Position numbers and translations under genes: made by a program. From Octopus sinensis (lineage: Eukaryota): a DNA stretch of 64,000 bases. Positions 12,248 through 24,683 of the stretch are shown piece after piece (within the stretch, counting starts at the first letter, position 1; every line of letters starts with the position of its first letter). The stretch is taken from positions 17,112,001 to 17,176,000 of the forward strand of contig NC_043010.1 in assembly GCF_006345805.1 (NCBI RefSeq), in the 5' to 3' direction. The notes below the pieces were generated by a model, which did not search any database, was not told the origin of the DNA, and saw only the letters and a list, made by a program, of their open reading frames with translations.

Positions 12248-13619
12248 TTAACAGAAGACCTGGAGGATGAGTGCACATACCAGACGTGGTGGTGGTAAAA
12301 GAGGAGGAGTAAATGACAGACTAGTTATGAAAGGAGTTATGCAGATGAGAAATTTGTTTATTGGATTTTATTCTAAGGTTGATAAATATTTTTTGGGCGG
12401 GTGAGGAATTAGTATTCATTTCATCGTTTTGTATACGTACGAAGAGATCTAGAAAATGCTAAATTATGATTGTACGTGTAACATATCGTTTCGTATGACC
12501 CACGGCGGTAAAAGCACACTCTCAAAATTACCCTTTTCACGACAGATAACACTCTAAAATTCATAATAATATGCAAATTTTTGATAAAGAGTGTACAGCA
12601 GCAGAAGTGACATTCGACAGGAACACCAACTTTTCTTCCCAAGTGTCGTCTTCCTGTCATAGTGTTCTAGCAGACGGCATATCACAGCTGCAATCTCAAT
12701 AAAGATAAACCATAATGCGTTCCTGATATGTCCTTACGACAAATACTGTCGCCTTTTGATTTGAGGAGTCCTAGAGTCTTGTTCCCAACATCCAGAAAGC
12801 GCTCATTAAACCTGTTTCTCAAAAGGTGACCTATTTTGCCGAAGCCTCCTCACTACTCAAACTTCCTCTTGCTGTCTTTTGCCTTATTTTCCTCACTCTC
12901 ACGACTTTACTGATTGAGCCTCGGTATTCTCTCTATCCGAAGAAAGCCATGTGTCCGAAACGTTGGATGCTTTCACTGGAAATGGAAATTATTTTTGTTA
13001 TACCAACTTTTATTAAAAAAGCATTCGGATATGGCTACGCCGCACTATTGAAATATGGTGAGAGTGAAAAATACTCGGAGTTGTGACTATGATTGCCAAA
13101 TGTCACACTGTTCTTTTCACTGCATTTCCGATCTTCAGTTTTAACTAAACAAAACTTTCGTTCATTTTTCCACTCTTGCATTTGTTTGGTTTTGTTAAAC
13201 ACTGTTCCTCAATGTTTACCTCACCTCGATGCAAGTACAGGACTGATTAAAGTTATCGTAGTCTTTATGCCACGTATGTCAATGCTTACTCCAGCCATGC
13301 TGTATCATCAACCATATAAACCGGTGTGCCGTGCCAATACTGGCCACCAACATCACTGGCCGTTGATGTTTATTACCTGAATGTCGTAGTAAACCTCACC
13401 ACTTGGCTTTAATGGTCCCGATGGATATTCCCACAAGAGTACCTCATCACCGGGGGCACCCCCTCCTTTACACTAATCCTTATTTCACTCTACTGCTCTT
13501 GAAGAGAGATGAACTTATAAACTTACCAATTCCATTCAACCAAAAACCGCGCTTTGGAAATCTCTTTCGTATCACCACAACACCCACCAGCGCCACCACC
13601 ACTACCAACAGCAACCGCA

Positions 13620-13965
13620 AGTGGAGGCACAATGGCCCAATGGTTAGGGCAGCGGACTCGAGGTCGGAGGATCGCGGTTTCGATTCCCAGACCGGGCGTT
13701 GTGTGTGTTTATTGAGCGAAAACACCTAAAGCTCCACGAGGCTCCGGCAGTGGGGGTGGCGACCCCTGTTGTACTCTTTCGCTCCTACTTTCTCTCACTC
13801 TTTCTTCCTGTTTCTTGTCCCCGACTTCCTACGCAACCGCTGAGCCTGGATGCGCATCCATCCATCCGTCGATGCTCTCGGTGTCGGGAGTTGACCTGCT
13901 TTCTCTTCTGCGGGTCTTACGAATAGCAAAGGACCACGTTTCGGACTTCTCCCATCTTGCGAGCT
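13620..13965 (+). mobile_element. SINE family C variant
   Basis: Head GGAGGCACAATGGCCCAATGGTTAGGGCAGCGGACTCG near-identical to 6502, with a different 3' body. Confidence 0.75.
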
Positions 13966-14139
13966 CTGGGACGAAGACCATTCGTTCAACAGCAACAGCA
14001 ACCTCTTCCGACAACCTACCACAACCACAGTTACTCCCACCACCTCCAGCTGATCCCCCCACAAACAACATGATCGTTACTATAGCGACGATTACAACCA
14101 CCACGACCACTACTACAGTCAGCACTACTATCAACACTA

Positions 14140-14177
<38 letters not shown>

Positions 14178-14388
14178 ACAGTCAATCCATGCTCCACCAT
14201 TCACCGCAGAACAATATCACATCTGAGCAGTGCCGCTGCCACCACCACCACCATCATCACAACTACAACCCTTTTCATGATCATTACTATCAGTAGCATT
14301 AGTAGCAGCAGCAGCAAGATCGGAATTATAATTATTTTTCATCATCATCATCATCATCATCATCGTTATCCTCATCATCATCATCATC

Positions 14389-14437
<49 letters not shown>

Positions 14438-14468
14438 GCCTAATAACTGGACCAGTTCACTTTTCCAG

Positions 14469-14489
14469 GTGCCGACGATCGCCAACGAC
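14469..14489 (+). CDS. Candidate 21-nt frame-preserving microexon of the Ly6 gene
   Basis: CCTAAT branch-like motif, CACTTTTTCCAG| acceptor, 21 nt GTGCCGACGATCGCCAACGAC, |GTAAGC donor. In phase 1 it gives G-A-D-D-R-Q-R-L with no stop. Confidence 0.45.
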
Positions 14490-14947
14490 GTAAGCGACCC
14501 CTAAGAAGTTATTTTTGTTACTGTTGTAACCGCATGACTTCCAGCCACCCTGACCCTTCCTGAACACTTTGTGTTCTGTGTTCCCTTCACCTGTGACGTC
14601 ATCACCACCACCACCACCACCGCAGCCGCCGCCACCACCATCACCATCATCATCATCATCATCATTGTCATTATCATCATTGGTGTTGTAATGGACGTCA
14701 TCGTTATTCTTCCCTTAATTTTCTACCACCCCCAACACCACCACCAACACCAACACCACCACCACCACCACCACCACCACAGTTCCACATTCACCTGTAT
14801 CATCTCCCGTTTGTTTTCTCTGTCTGTCTGTCTTTCTATCGTGGATAAATCACTCACTCCAACTCTCTCTCTCTCTACTTTTTATTACTATATACGTCTT
14901 ATGCATACATATTCATAACTACATACATACATAATATACATGGTATG

Positions 14948-15002
<55 letters not shown>

Positions 15003-15030
15003 ATATATATATATATACATATATATATAC

Positions 15031-15076
<46 letters not shown>

Positions 15077-15539
15077 TATATATATATATATATATATAGA
15101 TATATATATATAATATATATATATTTGTAAAAAATGAAGTTGAAAATGCTGCTATATTAGACAAATTTTAATTTAACATGTTTCGGTTCTTGAAATGACG
15201 AACCTTATCAAAAAATTTTTTTTATATATAATAAAGAGAGTCCATGCTATATGTTTAAAGAGTATGATGTAATAGTTCATAATTGTGACATACATTCAAT
15301 AGAGTCAAATATAAAAAATTCATATACAATAAAGAGAGTCCATGCTATATGTTTAAAGAGTATGATGTAATAGTTCATAATTGTGACATACATTCAATAG
15401 AGTCAAATATAAAAAATTCATGTTCTTGAAAAGGCGAGGAGTTCATTATGGATTTTACCTTGTGTTCCAATGGGAGCAACAGTAATGATTTTTGGTAGGT
15501 GTCTGCTGGCATAATTTTGCCAGCAGACACCTACCAGGC

Positions 15540-16075
15540 ATAATTTTGCCAGCAGACAACCTACCAGGTTGGGGAAGATATGCAATGTGGAGGGGTCGGA
15601 CTGGAGTCGCCGGAAGACTTAGAGAATGGTGCATTGGAGGGGCAGGGTGGAGGAGTGGTAGGTGAAGAAAAACGGCAGACAGGCAACGACGGGGCGGGTG
15701 CAAGGAGAAAGAGCAGAGGCACGGTCCAAGGATCGTGCAAGGCAAGGGCAGTGCGGTCAGTGATGAGGGGATAACCACGTAGGATGAAGTGGCGAGCCAT
15801 GAGTTGAGACTGAGTCTCAAAGTCATGGTTGTCGCTGCAGAGCCTGAGCAGACGGAGGAATTGGACGTACGGGATGGGGAGCTTTGTGTGGGTAGGAGTG
15901 CGAGTCAGTGTATTTGTAGTGGATTGAAGTAGAGAGAGTGGAGTGGCGTATGCTGACAGAAATGTCGAGAAATTCGATGGAAGAGTTAGAAATAGTGCAG
16001 AAGAATTCGAGGGCAGGATGGAAGGATTGGAGAAAGGAGGGGAATCGTAAAGATTGCCTTTTGTTGCATGAGGTT
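15540..16075 (-). mobile_element. Penelope-like element fragment (RT C-terminus/thumb and start of GIY-YIG), frameshifted
   Basis: HPALEFFCTISNSSIEFLDISVSIRHSTLSTSIHYKYTDSHSY and IPYVQFLRLLRLCSDNHDFETQSQLMARHFILRGYP are characteristic PLE motifs. Confidence 0.85.
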
Positions 16076-16200
16076 TGTGACAAGGTGCTGAGCCTTGTTG
16101 TAGCTTTCCATTGCATATTTCATTCAGCCAAGGCTTAGCAGCTATTTCCAGCACCTCAACATATCCAGCAGAATTGATTATAAAAACCTGTGGCAACGAT
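16070..16200 (-). mobile_element. maT/DD37D-like (Tc1-mariner) transposase fragment
   Basis: INSAGYVEVLEIAAKPWLNEICNGKLQQGSAPCH resembles the QQDSAPxH region of the element at 45535. Confidence 0.6.
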
Positions 16201-17169
16201 GCAATGCTACGTGCGTTTCGAATCGCTCAATTCGCTTCAGTGACATAACAAACACAGCGTCACATCATGCATATAAGAGACGATAACGCTAAAGGGTTTC
16301 TTTCCCCTCTGATGAGCGCTCAGGTTAAAGAGCGATGTATTTATTTAACATGTATCTCTTTGTTTTTGTTTTTGTTTTTCTGCGTGTCACTGTTTTCAGT
16401 ATTTACGTTCTCCATTTGATGTTAGTCCATCATTATTATTACAAAGAAAAGCTTAACAGTATTTCATCTGTCGTTACGTTCTGAGCTCAAATTCCGCCGA
16501 GGGCGACTTTGCCTTTCATCCTTTCGGGGTCGATAAAATAAAGTACCAGTTTCGCACTGGGGTCGATGTAATCGACTTAATCCCTTTGTCTGTCCTTGTT
16601 TATCCCTTCTATGTTTAGCCCCTTGTGGGTAGTAAAGAAAAATATTATTACAAAGAAAGAAAGGAACATTTATACTGAGTGTGTACGGCCCAAGAATAAA
16701 AAGAATTTAAAAATCAAAAGCTTAAAACCATGATAGTATCTGCAAGGACAAATCTAAAATTCACAATTCTTTATCACAATCAAACGAGTGGCTAGAATTC
16801 AGAGATTGTTTCCATGACTATCCGGTTTCAAAACCAGTCGGGCAAAGAAATGGTCATCTAAAAAGTTTAATTTTATTTTTGTAGATATCCAAAAATGTAG
16901 AAAAAGAATTATGATTGCAAAAAGGGATTACATCAGTGAATTTATTCAGTAATTTTGATCCCTATGACTTAAGAATAATATAGGACTCCCTTATGCAGAA
17001 TTTCCATTTATAAATATGGTTGGCGATCAGCACGTCGTGCTTGAAACTCAGAGTACCAACGAATTTTAATCAAACTGTTTTGATCCATACATGTAACTCC
17101 CAATAAAATGGTTGAGTGCCCTTCTTTCGTTTCTCCACTCACTCCTTATGTGTGTGTGTGTGTGTGTGT

Positions 17170-17207
<38 letters not shown>

Positions 17208-17374
17208 GTAGTGTGTACATTCATTGTTATTACTTTTCTTTGTAAATACAAAATTTAAGCAGACACAACATCCCCACTTTTTATTATTACTATCATCATC
17301 ATCATCATCATCATCCTCATCATCATCGTCATCATCACCATTATCATCGTCTATATATAGCTTAGTACTTAGCT

Positions 17375-18060
17375 AATAAAGAGCTTCAGTTTTCCATGTA
17401 TGACTTTCCAAGTCAAACTCTGTCGTTGCACTGGCAAAAGAGTCGACGAAGAGGTCGCTGCATATCGTCTACTTTGATAAGATACATGGACCCCGTCACC
17501 CACATTTCTTTCCCGAATGGTCTTGTCTTTTTTTTTTAAGTGCGACACCTTGAACAGGTGAGGGTCCAGTCTTGTTTCTAGGAATACGTCTTCCCTTGAG
17601 ATGTGAAATGCCTTCTCTTGCGTCACAGACATGAAAAGAGAAAAGCGTCAGAGGTAAGGCACAACCTTGCTTGATTCTCACTCGGCTCACATCAAATTGT
17701 GCAGATCTAGTTTTCTGCTGTGCATCATAAGTGCCAATACCAGTGTGTACTCAATCCATCATACGAGTGAACATTTCCTCGCCCTCCCAACCTCCCCAGA
17801 ATCAACCACCAAACTAACCGGTATATTCTGTTGCTGAATATCTTCGTGAACTCAACAGAGACATAATACAATGCCTTCTTCTGCTCTACTTATTTCTCTT
17901 GTATCTGTTACAGGCAGAACATCGAAACTTTTGTTTTTCTTCCTCATCTGAAGCCAAAATGACTTTCGCGTTGAACAGCTGAAATTTTCTCATTCAGTCT
18001 TTTTTGAATAATGCACTTGCAAAGTTCTCCCACAAGACATACCGAATGCCGAAATCCTTC
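17375..18060 (-). mobile_element. RTE/Bov-B-like LINE reverse transcriptase fragment, decayed
   Basis: RVRIKQGCALPLTLF (xKQGCxLxPTLF) followed by HLFKVSHLKKKDKTIRE (LFNLxRLxAKTK-like). Confidence 0.75.
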
Positions 18061-18143
18061 GGTAGTGTCCACATTCATTGTTATCACCCTTCTTTATAAA
18101 GGCAACATACTAGCAGATTTTCAGTCCTGTCAGACACATCATT

Positions 18144-18212
<69 letters not shown>

Positions 18213-18224
18213 GTTATTATTATT

Positions 18225-18262
<38 letters not shown>

Positions 18263-18281
18263 TATCATTATTATTATTATT

Positions 18282-18827
18282 GGATCTTTTCTAAAAGAAG
18301 GACAGATTTTTCTCGTTAAGTAAACAATTTGAAACTTCGTATACTGGTAGAATGTGTCAAAAGAAAACATAATTGTAAACCAAAATGAAAACGGAATTGT
18401 AATTTCTAAGTTTAACGTTGTTTAATAATTCGAATTTTAACCAATGGTATTCTTTGTTTCGACCTCATATCATTTACTGCCTCTCAAACTATTGTAACGT
18501 AAACATGTAAATAGCTAAAACGTAAACATCCGCTTATCGTAAACAGCTAAATTCACTTGGCATCGTATACAGCTTTTTCAGTTCCCTAGAATTATATTTG
18601 AAACAAAATAAAAAGAAAATGATTCATACGCATAAATATCCATCCTTAGACTTCAGAAAGATTAGAAATGCAACAAAAATTTAAAATACCGGATCTTTAC
18701 CTTTTGACCTACAGATTTAAAAAATAATTTTTTCTAACTAAACACTTTCAAACTTCGTGGAGTATATATAAAATTTGTGTAGATCCTAAATAGCTACACA
18801 CACATGTATACAAACATATGCATATAT

Positions 18828-18861
<34 letters not shown>

Positions 18862-19059
18862 CACCTATACACACATATTCTAATGCATATGCATATATGT
18901 GTATATATTTATAATGTGTGTGTATTATAGATGCATACATTATATATATATAAAAGATGTTTACATACAATATATATATATATATGTTATATACATCTAC
19001 ATGTATATGTATGTATGAATATATAAGTACCACAGAATTTGAATCAAACTGTTTTGATC

Positions 19060-19090
<31 letters not shown>

Positions 19091-19871
19091 CACACACACA
19101 CACATACATACATACATACATACACACATACTAAAATTACATCGTTGGAGCAGTAATTTATTTATGTATTTTTTGTTATACAATTTATTTTTAAGCTGAA
19201 TCCCTATCCTGACATTAACCCCTTTCTTATAAAATAGTTGAAGAATCTGGGTGTAGGAATTGGGCCAGTATTGGAACTTTTAACTTCTTGCTCTCTATCT
19301 TATGATCTCCGAAATTTAAGAATCTTGTGTTAACTGGGCTCTTATTATTTACTCTGACTCTGCCACCACCTCAATGCAAAGACTATCAATATCAGAATTA
19401 TCTTCACAACCACCACTGAGACATCCTAACATAATCAATGCCACTACTACTATCATCATCATTATCATCATCATCCACTGCCGCCACCACCACCAACAAC
19501 TCTACAAAAACACCAACACTATAATTGCTGCCGTCATACGCATCCACTGTCACCACTACACCACCACCACCACTGCCATGATAACCACATCTACCAGAGC
19601 TGTTTGCTTACTTCTTACCCACGCTGTTTAAAATTTTCACAAAATAGCTGTCTACGTCACAGTAACACTATGCAGCTAATAATTTCAGATCAAAACAGAC
19701 AATACGATTGGTTAAAATTCGCAGATTTAAACTACGTTTAAACTTATAAAATACATTTTTCTCAAAAAAACTAGTTGAAATTAATGTTTTCTTTTGACAT
19801 ATTCTACCAGTATACGAAGTTTCAAATTATTTAGTTAACTAGAAAAATCTGGCCTTCTTTTAGAAAATATC

Positions 19872-19872
<1 letters not shown>
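18282..19872. mobile_element. 1.59-kb GGATC-ended MITE-family element with internal passenger DNA
   Basis: Ends GGATCTTTTCTAAAAGAAGGACAGATTTTTCT / AGAAAAATCTGGCCTTCTTTTAGAAAATATCC, imperfect inverted homology over about 200 bp, TSD TTATTATT/TCATTATT. Confidence 0.8.
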
Positions 19873-19873
<1 letters not shown>

Positions 19874-19917
<44 letters not shown>

Positions 19918-20900
19918 TATTATATTATTATTATTATTATTATTATTAATAATATTTTCGGATTGATTTGCATTTTATTTCATCTTCCGATCGGGTCTCA
20001 ACCAGAGTCCTAAGGCACATATAACTGGATTAGAGCGCTTTCTTATTCTTTGTTGCTGCTAAAGAAGCCACATTTACTTTTCATACCAAAATCAGATGGA
20101 GAGAAACTTCCTGAGAATGTGGACGGTTGATGCCAACACAATATTTTGAATCTCATAGATTGTTTGTTTTCCAGGAATCTGCTCAAAATATTTATCGGCA
20201 TTAAGTCCAAACTATAACTGACTGCAATATTCGCTTCCCACTTTCTTTCCTACAGTTTAATCCTTGTTGCATGTCTTTCGAATCCCATACATTTGTAACA
20301 GAACCGTTTCCAATGTTGTTACATTCCTTCCATTACTGAAACTAATTCATCCATTCCTCGTAAATCACAAACTAGAAGCAATCAGTTCGTAGAATGACAT
20401 TTACAATTGGCCTCCGGTTCTTTATCATTTCCCAATCTGTTTCTTCCGTGAATATGTTTTACGGCATGTTTTTGGTGTCTGATATATTTGTAAAAGCACC
20501 ATTGTTGATGATGTCTTCTTAATCCATTTCCTTACCTAAATAGTCTTTGGAATAGCAGCCAAGTCAATGTTTGCTGCTCATCTGCTAATCCTTTGATGAC
20601 TCTTAAAAGACAGATTGCTTAACACTGCACCGAGTATTATCTTCACAATTTCGCCAACCCGAGGTTATTTTTCCATAAGTTTAAAAAGGAAATGATCTGA
20701 AACCATTTTCCCTCTTTCAGTATCTTCATCATCGTCTTCAAGATTTTACAGCAAGGACTTTTGCACCTTGAGGTACAAATTCGTTCATCTATATTCGTAA
20801 TCAGTTTTCGTCTTTCTAGTTTGCTATCTGCGGCATTGGTCTGTCCTTCTCTTTGGCCAGAATTACTTTGTTGTGCAGACAATATATTTCTCTTGAATCT
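19874..20900 (-). mobile_element. R4/Dong-like non-LTR retrotransposon 3' remnant with (TAA)n tail
   Basis: The minus strand ends KYFEQIPGKQTIYEIQNIVLASTVHILRKFLSI*, typical of the RLE-clade C-terminus (QKxxxLxTAHILRxxL). A short 3' UTR follows, then (TAA)n at about 19874-19950. The 5' limit is approximate. Confidence 0.7.
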
Positions 20901-21257
20901 TCGTCAAAGAATTGTTTTATCAATCCCGGTCAGTGTTCTTGGAAGCAAAACAAGCATTTCAAGTCAACAAAAATGTAAAGAATTCTTCCAACTGTTAGTA
21001 GCATTGAGAAAAGTCTGTTTTTGCTATATTTCTATAGCTTTGTGTATTTCATTCCAGCAAAATTAGAAAAATTCCTTAAACAATGTCATATTTGCCAATG
21101 AATGGTTGAAAATATTTGAAAATTTCCACTCTTAATTACTTCACTACCAATTAATTGGTGATGGATCCACAGCTACTTTGAGACAGGTGTACACACTGCG
21201 TGCATCAAAGCCGAAGCCAACAAGATTCCTTCAAACGTTGAGTTTTAATTGATTATA

Positions 21258-22515
21258 TTAGGTTGGCAACTAAGTTCCCGCTATTTTTTTAAATTTTAGA
21301 ATTTATTGTATTTTTAAATTTTGGAATCTATTTTTTTTGGAAAATTCTATTTTAAAATCATTTGTTTTGGGTTTTTTTCTAGTTAATTTTAGTTAATTTT
21401 TATTTATTTTCAGATCATTAAAATGGAATGTTAAGTTAAGAAAAACGAGCATTTTCGATACCTCCTTCTTTTTGCTTTTAATCAAGGTTTTAAGACCGCA
21501 AAAGCTGCTTGCGATATTTGTGCTGTGTATGGAGAGGGTGTCATAGCTGAAAGAACCGCTCGTGATCGGCATGCCAAGTTCAAAAATGGAAATTTTTATC
21601 TCAAAGACGCACCTCGTTCTGGCCGTCCAGTTGAGTTCGATGAAGAGCGATTAAACCAACTTTTGCGTGAAAATTCTCGTCAAACGACAAGAGAACTGGC
21701 AGAGAAAATGGAATGCTTCCACACTGCTATAGAGAAGCATCTTCACTCGATGGGAAAGGTTCAGAAGTATGGAGCATGGGTTCCGCATGCTTTAACTGAC
21801 AACAACAAAAAATCAGCGAGCCACAATCTCCGCTGGTTTGCTTGCTCGTCACCGCTCAACTCATGGACACAAGCAACGATTTCTTTACCGAATCGTTACT
21901 GGCTACGAAAAATGGTGCCTGTACATCAATATAAAGCAGCGTAAGGAATGGTTTAGCCCCGGTAAACAAGCGACACCGTGCGTGAAACAAGATCTTCATC
22001 CGCGTAAAACGATGTTGTGCATATGGTGGGACTGGGAAGGGATTATCCATTTCGAATTGCTTGAACGGAACCAAACGGTCAACGCGAAACTCTGTTCAAC
22101 GGATGGAAGACTCAACACGGCTATTCAAGAGAAAAGACCTAATCGGCAGCATGGAGTCCTTCTGCTGCACGACAACGCACGCCCTCATATCACCAATATG
22201 ACTAAGGAAGCCATTCAAACGTATGACTGGGAAGTGCTGTCACACCCGCCGTACTCTCCTGATTTAGCACCAACGGATTTCCACCTCTTTCCATCGCTTT
22301 CAAATGCTATGCGCAGAGTTTCGTTCAATACTGATGAACATTTTTCGAGTCGAAATCGGGTGATTTCTACCAACGAGGTATTGAAAATCTTGTTGAACGT
22401 TGGGAAGAAGTTGTAAACAAGGGTGAATACATTATTGATTAATTAGTTATTTTTTATTAAACCTTTTAAAAAATTAAAATTTTTTTAAACGGCGGGAACT
22501 TAGTTGCCAACCTAA
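21258..22515 (+). mobile_element. Full-length mariner (DD34D) with disabled transposase (about 21423-22442)
   Basis: TIR TTAGGTTGGCAACTAAGTTCCCGC at both ends with TA TSD. Motifs PRSGRP, WVPHAL, IVTGYEKW, LHDNARPH and HPPYSPDLAPTDFHLF are present. There is a stop at codon 4 and frameshifts. Confidence 0.95.
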
Positions 22516-23159
22516 TATATATTGATCTCGCTTTTTTCCCTTTTATGTCGATAAAATTTTTGTTGCAGGTGTCTCGGCGAAATCCAACAGCTTTTCCCAT
22601 TAACCCATGTCTACCAGTAACTGAGGTTAAGACACCAATCAAAATCTCGACCGTCTTTTTCGAACAATCCAATTCGAACAATCCACGTTTACTTAGACTT
22701 AGAAATTTAGCAAACCCAGATTTAGTTACGGCTACAGTTAACTTCTAAATTACATTTCACATTTTGTTTGCTCTATAAGAAACTTTAGTTCAGAAAGTTT
22801 CGAACGTTATTTTGTCGAGTTTTCGGTATGAAAAGTAAATGTGGCTTCTTTAGCAGCAACAAAGAATAAGAAAGCGCTCTAATCCAGTTATATCTGATTC
22901 TGTTAACAAGCGGTTATTAACTAATCGTTACTAACTAGCGACAAAACTTATCTTGCGCTCTCCCGTTTGCAAATAATCTTTGAGACCCGCTCTACTTCCC
23001 TGCGCAATACAAAACTCCATAAAACAGCGCCCACGCATTGGCTTTTTCTCTTCCGAAAGAGGTAAACCTTGTTGCGTTCTTTGGTAAATAAGTTCTTTTC
23101 GACATGGTAAAAAAATAAACCGAAATTAAATTTGGGAAATATGAAAAACATGTAAACTA

Positions 23160-23310
23160 GGCGCAGGCGTTACCGTATAGTAAGACGTTTGCTTCCCAAT
23201 TATATGTTCTGGGTTCAGTCCCACTGCACGGTACCTTGGGCAAGTGTTTTCTACCATAGTCCCGGACCAAGGCCTTCTGAGTGGATTTAATAGACGGAAA
23301 CTGAAAGAAG
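23160..23310 (+). mobile_element. SINE family A 5' fragment
   Basis: GGGTTCAGTCCCACTGCACGGTACCTTGGGCAAGTG...GGAAACTGAAAGAAGCC. Confidence 0.75.
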
Positions 23311-23466
23311 CCGTTTGTGTGTGTGTGCGCGTGTGTGTGTCTGTGTGTGTGCGTGTGTGCGCGTGTGCGTGCTGTGTGCGTGTCTGTTGTGGGTGTTGTG
23401 TATGTATGTGCAGTGTGTGTCTGTTGTGCTGTGTGTGTGATGTACTCTGTGTGTGTGTGTGTGTGT

Positions 23467-23515
<49 letters not shown>

Positions 23516-23762
23516 CATACTTCTCTTCTCACAAAAGACTTGCAATTCCAAGCCGTGTCTGATAAGGGACATGCTACAAATGAAGCACCCGGCGTTGCGG
23601 CTATCGTCGACACTTATCCCTCCACATGGCACGATGCATTCAAACAGTAATATGCGCCAGGGCAACATGTGGAACTTTATAATGAGGCAGTGAACTGTTT
23701 ATTGATCGCTCTCTGATATTTATCATTACTCCTCTATGAATAATGAATGAATGAATGAATGA

Positions 23763-23772
23763 ATGAATAATG

Positions 23773-23818
<46 letters not shown>

Positions 23819-23850
23819 TAACAATAATAATGATGATGATGATGATGATG

Positions 23851-23917
<67 letters not shown>

Positions 23918-23943
23918 TAATAATGATGATGATGATGATGATG

Positions 23944-24026
<83 letters not shown>

Positions 24027-24069
24027 AATAACAATAACAATAATAATGATGATGATGATGATGATGATG

Positions 24070-24131
<62 letters not shown>

Positions 24132-24216
24132 AATAATAATAATAACAATAACAATAATAATAATGATGATGATGATGATGATAATAATAATAATAATAAT
24201 AATGATGATGATAATG

Positions 24217-24247
<31 letters not shown>

Positions 24248-24332
24248 TGATAATAATAATAATAATAATAATAATGATGATGATGATGATGATGATGATA
24301 ATAATAATAATAATGATAATAATAATAATATA

Positions 24333-24363
<31 letters not shown>

Positions 24364-24420
24364 TACGATAAATAATAATAATGATGATGATGATGATGAT
24401 AATGATAATAATAACAGTAA
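23763..24420. repeat. Compound (AAT)n/(GAT)n block microsatellite
   Basis: Direct reading; about a dozen alternating blocks. Confidence 0.95.
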
Positions 24421-24636
24421 AATCGTGTTAACTGGAACGGCTCATGTACTGAGAAGAGCATTATTGCTGTGAAAACAACATCCATTCATGAATTTATTGA
24501 TTTATTATATATTTTTTTAAATACATATTTTACCTGTGAATTTGTGTGTGTAATCTGGGAATGCATACAATGAGCTTCTTTGCTCTAGGTGTACGGAAAA
24601 CACCCGGCGAGAAACGGAAGAAAATGTGAAGAAGGA

Positions 24637-24683
<47 letters not shown>

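Noticed and set aside
12420-13090. Possible decayed DNA transposase (VGHT motif)
   Set aside because: A single short motif amid many stops; it cannot be assigned without a search.
16306-16345. CTGATGAG-CGCTC-loop-GAGCG as a hammerhead ribozyme
   Set aside because: Helix II is followed by ATGT instead of GAAA and no helix I/III is seen; similar partial motifs at about 27440, 28722 and 47893 are also incomplete.
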